Positions 13,412 to 28,600 of a DNA stretch of 64,000 bases are shown here, in pieces. The DNA lies in contig NC_043015.1 of assembly GCF_006345805.1 (NCBI RefSeq), forward strand, positions 12,896,001 through 12,960,000, in the 5' to 3' direction. The position numbers and the translations under genes are program-made. Origin of the DNA: Octopus sinensis (lineage: Eukaryota). Position 1 is the stretch's first letter; every line of letters begins with the position of its first letter. Below the pieces are notes generated by a model. That model searched no databases. It saw nothing but the letters and a program-made list of their open reading frames with translations, and was not told the origin of the DNA.

Positions 13412-15000
13412 CATACATACATACATACATATATATATATACATATATATACATACATACATATATATACATACATATACATACATACATATATATACAT
13501 ACATACATATATATACATACATACATATATATACATACATACATATACATACATACATATATATACATACATACATATACATACATACATATACATACAT
13601 ATATATACATACATACATATACATACATACATACATATATATACATACATACATATACATACATATACATACATACATACATATACATATATATATACAT
13701 ACATATATATATACATACATATATATATACATACATATATATATACATACATACATATATATATACTACATATATATATACATACATACATATATATATA
13801 TACATACATATACATACATACATACATACATATATACATACATACATACATATATACATACATACATACCATATACATACATACATACATATATATATAC
13901 ATACCATACATATATACATACATACATACATATATACATACATACATATATACATACATACATATTATACATACATACATATATATACATACATACATAA
14001 TATACATCCCTACTACCTACATACACATACATAATACATCATATACATACATACATACATATACATACATACATACTATACATACATACATACATATACA
14101 TACATACATATATATACATACATACATATATATATATACATACATACATATATATATATACATACATACATATATATATATACATACATACATATATATA
14201 TATACATACATACATATATATATATACATACATACATACATATATATACATACATACATATATATACATACATACATATATATACATACATACATATATA
14301 TACACATACATATATATACATACATACATATACATACATACATACATATATATACATACATATATACATACATACATATATATACATACATACATATATA
14401 TACATACATACCATATATATACATACATACATATATATACATACATACATATATATATATACATACATACATATAATATACATACATATATATTATATAC
14501 ATACATACATATATATACATACATACATATATATATATACATAATACATCATATATATACATACATACATATATATACATACATACAATATATACATACA
14601 TACATACATACATACATACATTATAACATACATACATACATACATACATTACATACAATACATACAACATATACATATATATATACATACATACATATAC
14701 ATACATACATACATATATATATACATACATATATATAATACATACATACTATACATACATACATTATATACATACATACATATATACATACAATAGATAT
14801 ATACATACATACATATATATATATATATACATACATACATATATATACATACATACATATATATATATACATACATACATAATATATATACATACATACA
14901 TATATATACTACATACATATATATACATACATACATACTATATATACATACATATATATACATACATACATATATATACATACATACATATATATACATA

Positions 15001-15032
<32 letters not shown>

Positions 15033-15599
15033 ACATACATACATATATATATATACATACATACATATATATATAACATACCTACATATATATATATACA
15101 TACATACATATATATATATACATACATACATATATAATATATACATACATACATATATATATCATACATACATACATATAATACATACATACATACATAT
15201 ATATACATACATACATATATATACATACATACATATACATACATACATACATATATAACATACATACATATATATACATACTACATATATTACATACATA
15301 CATATATATACATACATACATATATTACATACATACATATATACATACATATACATACATATATACATACATATATATATACATATATATATATATATAC
15401 ATACATATACATATATATACATACATATACATCTATATAATACATATACATACATACATACATATATACATACATACATATATACATACATACATATATA
15501 TACATACATACATATATACATACATACATATATATACATACATACATATATATACATACATACATACATATATATACATACATACATACATATATATAC

Positions 15600-15647
<48 letters not shown>

Positions 15648-16047
15648 ATACATACACATATATATATATACATACATATATATATATATACATACACATA
15701 TATATATATACATACATACATATATACATACATATATATATACATACATATATATATACATACATATATATATACATACATACATATATATACATACATA
15801 CATATATATATACATAATATATATATATATACATACATATATATATATATATACATACATAATATATATATACATACATATATATAATATACATACATAT
15901 ATATATATATAACATATATATAATACATACATATATATATATATATATACATTACATATATATATATACATATATATATACATACATATATATATATATA
16001 CATACATATATATATATATACATACATATATATATATATATACATAC

Positions 16048-16078
<31 letters not shown>

Positions 16079-16646
16079 CATACATATATATACATATACA
16101 TACATATATATACATATACATACATATATATACATATACATACATATATATACATATACATACATACATATACATACATATAGATACATATATATACATA
16201 TACATACATATACATACATATATATACATATACATACATATATATACATATACATACATATATATACATATACATACATATATATACATATACATACATA
16301 TACATATATATACATATATATATATATACATATACATACATATACATATATATACATATATATACATACATATATATACATATATATACATACATATATA
16401 TATACATACATATATATATACATATATATATATATACATATATATATATACATATATATATATACACTATATATATATACATATATATACACATATATAT
16501 ATATACATATATATATATACATATATATATATACATATATATATATACATATATATATATACACATATATATATATACATATATATATACATATAATATA
16601 TATACATATATTATATACATATATATATATACATATATATATATAC

Positions 16647-16683
<37 letters not shown>

Positions 16684-16814
16684 CATATATATATACATAC
16701 ATATATACATATATATATACACACATATATATATATACACACACATATATATATATATACATCTATAGTATATACAATATATTATATATATAACTATATA
16801 TATTATATACATAT

Positions 16815-16860
<46 letters not shown>

Positions 16861-17099
16861 TATATATATATCAACACACATATATATATTACACACACAT
16901 ATATATATATACCCACACTATATATATACAACACATATATATATATACACCACACATATATATATACACACACATATATATATACACACACATATATATA
17001 TACCCACAATATTAATAGATACACATATAGATATATACAAACATATATATATAATACATAATACATATATATAATACATACATATATTATATAACATAC

Positions 17100-17131
<32 letters not shown>

Positions 17132-17505
17132 TACATATATATATATACATACATATATATATACATACATATATATATATATACATATATATATACATAC
17201 ATACATATATATATATACATACTACATCCATATATATATATACATACATATATATATACATACATACATAATATATACTACATAAATCTATAATTACATA
17301 CATACATAATATAATACATACATACATATATATATACATATAATACATATATACATATTATATATTACATACATCATATATATATACATACATACATATA
17401 TACATACATACATACATATATATATACATATAATATATATATATACATATATATACATATATACATATATATATATATATACATACATATATACATATAC
17501 ATACC

Positions 17506-17537
<32 letters not shown>

Positions 17538-17601
17538 CATATACATATATTATACATATACATACATATATACATATACATACATATATATTATATACAT
17601 A

Positions 17602-17652
<51 letters not shown>

Positions 17653-18441
17653 ATACCTATACATATATATATATATAATACATACATATATACACTATAT
17701 AACATATAATATATACATATATATATTATACATATATATATATATACATACATACATATATATACATATATATACATATACATATATATATATATATACA
17801 TACTATATTACATATATATACAATACATATATATATATATATACATACATACATATATATACATATATATACATATATATATATATATACATACATATAT
17901 ACACATACATACATATTACACATACATACATATATACTACATACATACATACATACATATATTACATAAATATATAATATATATACATACATATATATAT
18001 ATATACATTCATATATATATACATACTATATATATACATACATATATATATATACATACATATATATATATACATACATACATATTATACATACATACAT
18101 ATATATATATACATACATATATAATACATACATATAATATATATATATACATAAATATATATTATACATACATATATATATATACATAATATATATATAT
18201 ACATACATATATATATATACATACATATATATATATATACATACATTTATATAATACATACATATATATATATACATACATATATATATATACATTACAT
18301 AATATATATACATACATATATATATTACATACAATATATATATAACATACATATATATACATACATATATATACATTACTCTATAATACATATATATACA
18401 TACATACATATATATACATACATACATATATATATACCTAC

Positions 18442-18551
<110 letters not shown>

Positions 18552-18771
18552 ATATAATACATACATATATATACATACATAGATATATATATTACATATA
18601 TTATATATATATACATATATATATATATATACATACATACATATATATATATATACATACTATATATATATATTACATATATAGTATATATTAATAAATA
18701 TTAGGGAATATATCCAAATTTACAGGGAAAAAAAATCAGATTAGGATTAAATCCAATTTTATAGTAAATAT

Positions 18772-18915
18772 TATAAAATATTATTTGAGACAAAACCACT
18801 ATTTTGCAAAACAAACAAGGAAAGACTTAATCAATACATAAAATTTTATGTATTGATTAAGTCTTTCCTTGTTTGTTTTGCAAAATAGTGGTTTTGTCTC
18901 AAATAATATTTTATA
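18772..18915. repeat. Perfect 144-bp palindrome with no spacer
   Basis: tataaaatattatttgagac...caatacataaaa|ttttatgtattg...gtctcaaataatattttata, centred between 18843 and 18844. Confidence 0.95.
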
Positions 18916-19343
18916 TATATACATATATATATATACATACATATATTATATATATATATAATACATATATATATATATATACATACATATATATATATAT
19001 ATACATACATATATATATATATATACATACATATATATATATATATACATACATATTAATATATACATAATATAATATATATATATACATACAATATATA
19101 TATATATACATACATATATATATATACATACATATATATATTATACATACATATAATATATATACATACATATATATATTATATATACATACATATATAT
19201 ATATACATACATATATATATATATACATACATATATATATATACATACATACATATATATATATACATACATATATATAGATACACATACATATATATAT
19301 ATACATACTACATATATATATACATACATAATATATATATCAC

Positions 19344-19374
<31 letters not shown>

Positions 19375-19922
19375 ATATACATACATATATAATATATATA
19401 CATACATACATATATATATATACATACATATATATATATATATACATACATATATATATATATATATACATACATATATATATATATATATACACATATA
19501 TATATATATATATACATACATACATATATAATACAACATATATATATACATACATACATATATTATACATACATATATATACAACATATATATACATACA
19601 TATATATACCTACATATATATACATACATACATTATATACATACATACATATATATCCATACATATATATACATACTACATATATAATATATACATCATA
19701 TATATATACATACATATATATATATATATACATACATATATATATACATACATATATATCTACATACATTATATATATACATACACATACATATATATAT
19801 ACATACACATACATATATAATATATATACATACTATATATATACATAATATATATATATATAACATATATATATACATATACATATATATATATATACAT
19901 AATAGATACATATACATACATA

Positions 19923-19953
<31 letters not shown>

Positions 19954-20153
19954 TATATATATATATACATATATATATACATACATATATCTATACATAT
20001 ATATATACATACATATATATATATATACATACATATATATATATATACATACATATATATATATATACATATATATATACATACATATATATATATATAC
20101 ATACATATATATAATACATATATATATTATACATACATATATATATACATACA

Positions 20154-20185
<32 letters not shown>

Positions 20186-20474
20186 CATATATATATACAT
20201 AATATATATATACATACATACATATACATCCATACATATATATACATACATACATATATATACATACATACATATATATATACATACATACATATATATA
20301 TACATACATACATATATATATACATACATACATACATATATATATACATACATACATATATATATACATACATACATATATACATACATACATCATACAT
20401 ACATATATATATACATACATACATATATACATACATACATATATACATACATACATATATATATACATACATAC

Positions 20475-20509
<35 letters not shown>

Positions 20510-20707
20510 CATACATATATATATATATATACATACATATATATATATATACATACATATATATATATATACATACATATATATATACATATACATATAT
20601 AATAATATACATATACATATATATATATATACATACATATATATATATATACATACATACATATATATACATAATATTATATATACATACATACATATAT
20701 TATATAC

Positions 20708-20740
<33 letters not shown>

Positions 20741-21140
20741 CATACATACATATATATATACATACATACATATATATAATACATATATATATACATACAT
20801 ATATATTATTATACATACATACATATATATATACATACATATATATATTATACATACATACATATATATATACATACATACAATATATATACATACATAC
20901 ATATATATATACATACCAATATATATACATACATACATAATATATATATACATACATACATATATATATACATATATATATATAATACATATATATATAT
21001 ATACATACATATAAACATACATAAATATATATATATACATAATATATATATATACATACATATAACATACATACATATATATATATATACATATATATAA
21101 TATAACATTATATATATATATACATATATATATAATATAC

Positions 21141-21201
<61 letters not shown>

Positions 21202-21258
21202 CATATATATACATATATACATATATATATATATATACATACATACATATATATATAT

Positions 21259-21316
21259 CAACCCATGCTAGCATGGAGAACGGACGTTAAACGACGATGA
21301 TGATGATGATGATGAT
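21259..21316 (+). mobile_element. Extreme 3' tip of the LINE family with (ATG)n tail
   Basis: caacccatgctagcatggagaacggacgttaaacgacgatgatgatg matches 9827-9878. Confidence 0.8.
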
Positions 21317-21398
21317 ACATACATATATAATATATATGTATATATATATATATATACATAATATTATATATGTATATATGTATATATATATATATATC

Positions 21399-21450
<52 letters not shown>

Positions 21451-21557
21451 CATACATATATATATATATATACATACAATATATATATATATATACATAC
21501 ATACATATATATATACATACATACATATATATATACATACATAAATATATATATACA

Positions 21558-21591
<34 letters not shown>

Positions 21592-21616
21592 CATACATAC
21601 ATATATACATACATAC

Positions 21617-21647
<31 letters not shown>

Positions 21648-21681
21648 CATACATATATATACATATATATATATACATACA

Positions 21682-21719
<38 letters not shown>

Positions 21720-21755
21720 CATATATATATATATACATACATATATATACATATA

Positions 21756-21796
<41 letters not shown>

Positions 21797-21820
21797 ATAC
21801 ATACATATATAATACATATA

Positions 21821-21858
<38 letters not shown>

Positions 21859-21864
21859 CATATA

Positions 21865-21903
<39 letters not shown>

Positions 21904-22370
21904 TATATACTACATATATATATACATATATATATATATACATACAATATATATACATACATATATATATATATACATACATATATAATACATACATATT
22001 ATATATATACATACATATTATATACATACATATATATACATATATATATATATACATACATATATATTACATATATATATATACATACATACATACATAT
22101 ATATACATATATATATATATACATACATACATACATATATCACATTATATATATATATACATACATACATATATATACATAATATATATAACTACATACA
22201 TATATATACATATATATATATATACATACATATATATACATATATATATATAACCTACATACATATATATACATATATATATATATACATACATATATAT
22301 ACATATAGATATATACATACATACCTATATACATATATATATCTATAAATACATATATATATATATATAT

Positions 22371-22401
<31 letters not shown>

Positions 22402-22485
22402 CATACATATTACATATATATATATCTACATACATATATATATATATATATATACATAACATATATATATATTATATATATGTAC

Positions 22486-22519
<34 letters not shown>

Positions 22520-22761
22520 CAACACACACACACATACATACATATATACACACATACATATAATATATATATATATACACACACACATACATACTATATA
22601 CACACCACACATATATATACACAACACCCATAAATATATACACACCATACATATACACACACATACATATACACACACATACATATACACACACATACAT
22701 ATACACACACATACATATATATATACACACACATACATATATATACACACACACACACACA

Positions 22762-22795
<34 letters not shown>

Positions 22796-24076
22796 TATAT
22801 TGATTTTTAAATCACATGACCAGTACAGCTAAGATCAATATCTGGCTAAACCTCAGCATCTCTCATCTAACTCCATATTGAATAAAAAGAAATGAAGTTG
22901 CAAAGTGTCTGTGAGTAAAGAAGAATCAAATAGATGCTGACTTCTCTTCTTGCACCTGTATATCTATTTATAGAGATGATCAGCTAACACGTTACAGCTC
23001 TAATAAAGCAAGAGGTTACTTCCTGCATATCAGGCAGAACAAGTGCAAGTTCTGCAAAGCCTGAGGTAATTTTCATCTTCAAGTACCAACCTTTAACAGA
23101 TTTGCTTTTTTTATTTATTTACTTACTTTTGTTAACCACTAAAGCTTCTGTCTTGAGCAAATTAAATAGAAGTCATACTATCTAATTATTTATCTATCAA
23201 ATTCAGATTACTGAGTTACAGAAGTTAGTATTTCAGAATTTGTTGAGTAACAGAACTAGTGCATGTCCTGAAAACTTTTCATACTACTTTTGCAGTATGT
23301 ATGTCAAGTATTTGGGCAATGTGAACATGGTAAACTACCACTTCCTTAACTATTAAATGTGTATCAAATATGTAAGCATGTATAATAGTGGAAGTCTGCT
23401 GCTGTTGCAGCAGCTGTCTCTACTGTTGCTCTCCTCAAATACAACAGTCTTTTACAAGCTTTTTTGTTTTTGTTGTTACTCACCTTGCAAGCCAAGATCT
23501 TGATTCCCATTGGAGGTCACTTTATTTCAGCTATTCTACTGTTTTAGAACAGACCCAAAATAACATCCTATTTCTACTTGCAGTAATCAGGAAAGTATGG
23601 TGACTAAAATCAATAAGGCAGCCATAGCAATCAACTCATACTCAAGGGTGAGTGATGCGCATAGCATTGAGTTTATGACCAAGATGCTGAGAAGAAGATG
23701 CCGTTATGGTGAGAATCATGACACCCCCTGTGAGAATGGACTAGCCGAAGTGTGTTTGACCGAGAGCGAGAGATGAGAAATCACAGGAAGTTGAAAGGTG
23801 TTGTTTGTGAGTTTGTGGAGTCAGAGGAAATTGTTCAGAAGTTGTTATAGTTTGTTGAGAGTTGTTTGGGATTGGTTACAATTTTTGGCAGAGTATTTGG
23901 GAATACGTTAAGTGGGGACAGTTGGTGTCTACCTTGTTCCATGGTATTGTATATCACATTGTTATAGTGTAAGATACAAAAGTGATATACAGAAATCACA
24001 TTACAAAAGTGACGATGAGTTGATTCAAAGCTTAAGTTGGTCATTAACAATTTTTTATGATACAAAAAATTTCTTT

Positions 24077-24847
24077 ATGGAAAACCTATTAGCTGACATA
24101 TTACAGTTGCAACAGTAACGGCAACAACAGGAGTTGCAGCAACAACTACAACACAATCAGTTGCTGGAACTGATGTTGAAGTTGGAAAACACTACAAGTT
24201 CATTTTTGCCAGACAGCGCTATAACCCAGAAGAGAGTATAACTTTTTCAGCATACGTCAGAAAATATGAAGAAATTTTCAAGGAAGAATGCAAGTGTTGG
24301 ACAGACAATGAAAAAGTGAGATTACTGTTATGGAAACTAGGTCCTTCAGAACATGAAAAATACTGCAATTTTTATCTTGCCTAAAAAAAACAAGTGAAAT
24401 TTGTTTTGAGGAAACAATTGAATTGCTATCCAAAATCTTCAGCAATAAGAGTTCCTTGGTTAACACTAGCTGGGAGTGTTTGAACTTAGTAAAAGAAGAG
24501 GATGAAGATTTTGTCAGTTATGCTAGAATTGTAAATAAAATGTGCGAAAAATTTAAACTGAAGGAATTATCTCTGGACATGTTTAAATGCCTCATCTTTG
24601 TGCAAGATTTGACAGCAAACAAAGATGCAGAAATACGTGCACAGATTCTTACAAAACTAGAACAGAAGGACCAGAATTTAACCCTGCAGGTAGTGGCAGA
24701 GGAGTGTCAAAGAATTATCAACTTGCAACAGGACAAAGAAAATTGAAGAAAAAAATTTCTCTCAAGTACAGACATGTCGACCAGGAATAAATAAAGAGAA
24801 ACGAATGTTATGACCAAATCCATGCTATGAGTGTGAAGGTCTACATG
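24077..24847 (+). pseudogene. gag remnant (frameshifted) ending in a partial zinc knuckle
   Basis: Frames join to give ...KYEEIFKEECKCWTDNEKVRLLLWKLGPSEHEKYCNF / LLSKIFSNKSSL..WECLNLVKEEDEDF..MFKCLIFVQ..EIRAQILTKLEQ, then CYECEGLH. Confidence 0.8.
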
Positions 24848-25646
24848 TATTGGCCTACTATGGACCGTGACATCGAGCAATTGGTGAAATCTTGCGTGCT
24901 CTCACAGCAAAGTCACCACCAGTGAAATTCCAATTATGGTCTAAAATAGACAGTCTGTGGTCCAGGCTACATAAAGATTTTGTTGGACCAGTAAACAGCA
25001 CATATTATCTGATCATAGTAAACATTTATACCAAGTAGCCGGAGATATGTAAATGCAGTCAACCAACCTTGAAGGTAACAATAAGGTTCCTTCACAAGCT
25101 ATCAATTACATCTCTACTCTGCTATACCACCTGAGATCAAATGGGCAAGCAGAAAGGTTTGTACACACATTTTAACAAGAACTAAAAAAACCAGGAAATG
25201 AATTAGGCAATGATGCAGCTTTAACTCAAGGGTTTACAGGTTAACACCTAACCCAAACACCTGTTCAGACAAGTCACCTGCAGAGCTAATGTTTGCCTTG
25301 AAGATAAAAATCAATTTTTGATAAATTGTTACCTTAAAAAAAAACTTATAGGGAAAACTCAAGATACATAAAGTATTTTAATGTGGGAAGACAAGTTTGG
25401 AAGGACAGTATAGTGACGAAAAGAATAGGCAGTATGATGTATATAATAAAAGGTCAAACAGGAGAGCACAAACGACATTTGAACCAGTTGAAGAGTAGAC
25501 ATACAGAAGAAAGAGAAGAAATACCAATGGATGTTTATGACTTGTTCAATGTCCCAATGCCAAAAGGCATTGAATATAGGCAGATCAGCAATAGAAAACA
25601 TAAACAAATTGAACTAGAAATAGTCCCTAAGCAAAAGAAGAATTAA
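24847..25646 (+). pseudogene. Integrase remnant (stops, frameshifts, internal deletion)
   Basis: VYWPTMDRDIEQLVKSC, WSRLHKDFVGPVNSTYYLIIVN, NGQAERFVHTF, SPAELMF, and C-terminal KRIGSMMYII..KRHLNQLK. Confidence 0.8.
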
Positions 25647-28600
25647 AACTTCTGAGGAAATTAAAATCTCAAAAAAGGGAGAGGTTATGATGGAAAAAAA
25701 AAAGAAGAAAATTAATAAAACAATTTGCACTTCCTACAGAAGTCAAATTTGAAAAGGGGAGATGTTATGGCGAGAATCATGACACCCCATGTGAGAATGG
25801 ACTAGCCAAACTCATATAAGTAGCAGCGTGTTTGACTGAGAGCAAGAGATGAGAAATCGCAGGAAGTTGAAAGGCGTCATTTGTAAGTTCATGAAGTTGC
25901 AGAGAATTGTTGAGAGGTTGTTATAGTTCATTGAGAGTTGTTTGGGATTGGTTACAGCTATGTCAGAGTATTTAGGAATACATCAAGTGGAGACAGTTGG
26001 TGTTTGCTCCGTTCCGCAGTATTGTTTATCACAGTTATAGTGTAGGATACAAAAGTGATATACAGAAATCACATTATAAAAGAAACATTAAACAACAAAC
26101 ATCTGATTAGATAAACTAACAGCTTGTCTTTATAATATTTTAGCCTGAGGAGGTTAATGCTTAATACAAGCTCTCTTAGACTAGTGAGGTTGACATAGTT
26201 GAAAATCAGCTCAAACTTCTGTAAGGATGTAGGGGAAAATGTGTGCAGGAGAAAGTGTTTGTAGGATGAAACATAAAGAACAATGAAAAATAAAGGCATT
26301 GAGTCAGCTAGGATAAATGTGGTACTCATCTTGCAAGTTTAGAAGAACAGGAAGCATTGGAAGGTTTGCCAGGCAGTCAGATGGCCTATTTTGGGATACC
26401 TTTTGAATGTGTTGTTCATTACTGAGCTCCCTAACTTTGGGTGGATGCCACAATACAGCACTGCTGTAAGACTGACGAATGATTCATTGCGACAGAATCA
26501 AGTCATATTCAAGGAAAGATTTGTCTCATCTACTCAACACCACAGAAAGCAGTAACAAGTCAGACAAGCAGACTACAGAAATATGTGAAGAGACTAAAAC
26601 ATTGTTGAACAATTTCGCACTATTTTCTTCATTCGTATAAATGTACATCAATTTATTTACAGGCTTTAATCACTAAAGAATCCCAATTAACAGGGCAAGC
26701 TGGTATAGTCCTCATGAATTATGCAGTCAAAGCAGCATATTTGCTAATGATATCTTAACAAGTAAAATTACCTTATGTTAATATACATGTATAATTCAGT
26801 CCAAATAAAATTTAGTTACAATATTATTTTGTGACAGTAAATCTGTCATATGTAGGAAACATAGATTTAACCTAATTATTTAGAGTATGTTGCTATGATG
26901 ATAATAGATGCAGTAATTTTTAATTATGAAATATTTCAAATTTTAACTCAATTTACAGATTAGTATCTGCTGTGTGAGATTTAAAGCAGATATCAGGCAG
27001 GGAGTGAATTTAAGAATTTAGTCAGTATTAGCCTTTAAAGTTTAAACCCACACGCATACACACACTTGCATGCATGCATACATATATACAAACATGTGTA
27101 TGTGCCCACATATGCGCAAAAACAAATAAAAAGAATGCAGCTTGAATAACGGACCGAGCCAACAACTATTGAAAAGGTTGCAAGATACAAAAAGTTTTTT
27201 AGAAAAATAAATGAAGAAAATGAGTGGAAATTTCACCGGTGAGTGTGTTAAATTATAAGGTACTAAAAGAGAATGACTCTCCCCAGACACAACAGAATAT
27301 GCTTCAACACATGAACTCACATAAAGAATCTTGCAAACCAAATCCAAAAATGAAATTCAAAGTTATGTTGAAAAACAATGCTTAGTAATGCAAAATATAT
27401 TCAACCATAAAGTCCTTGTTTGAATTACACATATTTGGAGTAATAGCTGTTAATTCTGGTGGATAGAATTAAATGCCAATCCACTTCATATGTGAAGGCA
27501 AATGTTACTACATATGAAAATATATAGCACTCATTAGAGAAAGAGCTAATTTATTATATTTTGACACTGATAAAAAGGAAACTATAAAAATGCAAATAGT
27601 AAATGACGCAAGGTTTATGAAGTCATCAAGCAGTGCAACATGTACACTAAACGAATACGATGAATAAGGGTAAATAGAATGTAGTCTTTCAAAGTACAGT
27701 GTTGATTTGAAAGAAAAGCTGTGCTAGACACAAGAAAACAACTAAACATGAAATATGATTAAGCTATTTATATAGAAGTATGTTACTCTTGCTATGAGAG
27801 AAGAACTAATATTAAAACAAAGCTGAAAAATAGTTTACTAGAAGAGAAAGCTTAAAGTATCTCCCCACTGCCTGAGATGGAGTTCAAGTTTATATGAATA
27901 AGATATTTTTAAATATAATGGGACAAAATGCAACTAAAATACATTAATAAAAATTCTGAATTTCCCTTTATATAGACTACACCCTTGTTGTTTTATTAAT
28001 GTTAATTAGGGTGTAACTGGTGGTGAAAATGTCACATTAAGTTTTATTTAACAAGACATTCGACATTTAAACTGATGATCTTCAAATATATTCAGAACTT
28101 CATATAGTGTTTGCTTGCTCAACTCTCTTAATAAGGTGGTTTTATGATAATACATCCCAGATGAGTAATTAATCTCATAGATTTCCTCTTTACCTCATAT
28201 TTTCTATATACAATCAATTCTATATAATTGTATAGCCTCATGAATGAAATTCTGATAAAATTAACTGGAGTGTACAGCGAAATTTATATAGCAAGTAATC
28301 AGGTATTGTAGCTATGTTACACACATATAGATAATGTAATATACCAAGGATAAGAAGTATTTTTAATTACAGTCCTTCTGTACAGAACTTTTAGTTGGTG
28401 ATAGGAAAGGCATTCAGATAGAAACCATATCAAAATCATTGGATGTACATGTCAGTTGTGAACTTTGTAAGCTGCATTGCAGGTTACTCATCTTGGAGAG
28501 CAGTAAGGCTTCTCCCCACCTCCCCACACACAGGCCAAGTTTTCTAGAGGAAAGCTTCCTACATGGGATAAGTTCTGTACCAGAAGCCTTCCCACGTGGG

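Larger units (their letters stand above)
23702..26078 (+). mobile_element. Degenerate, internally deleted Ty3/Gypsy (Mag/K02A2.6-like) LTR retrotransposon
   Basis: Direct LTRs at 23702-24005 and 25763-26078 ([c/t]gttatgg.gagaatcatgacaccc...cagaaatcacatta[c/t]a). PBS-like aagtgacgatgag after the 5' LTR. PPT aaaaggggaga at 25752-25762. Gag and integrase remnants inside. No clear TSD. Confidence 0.9.
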
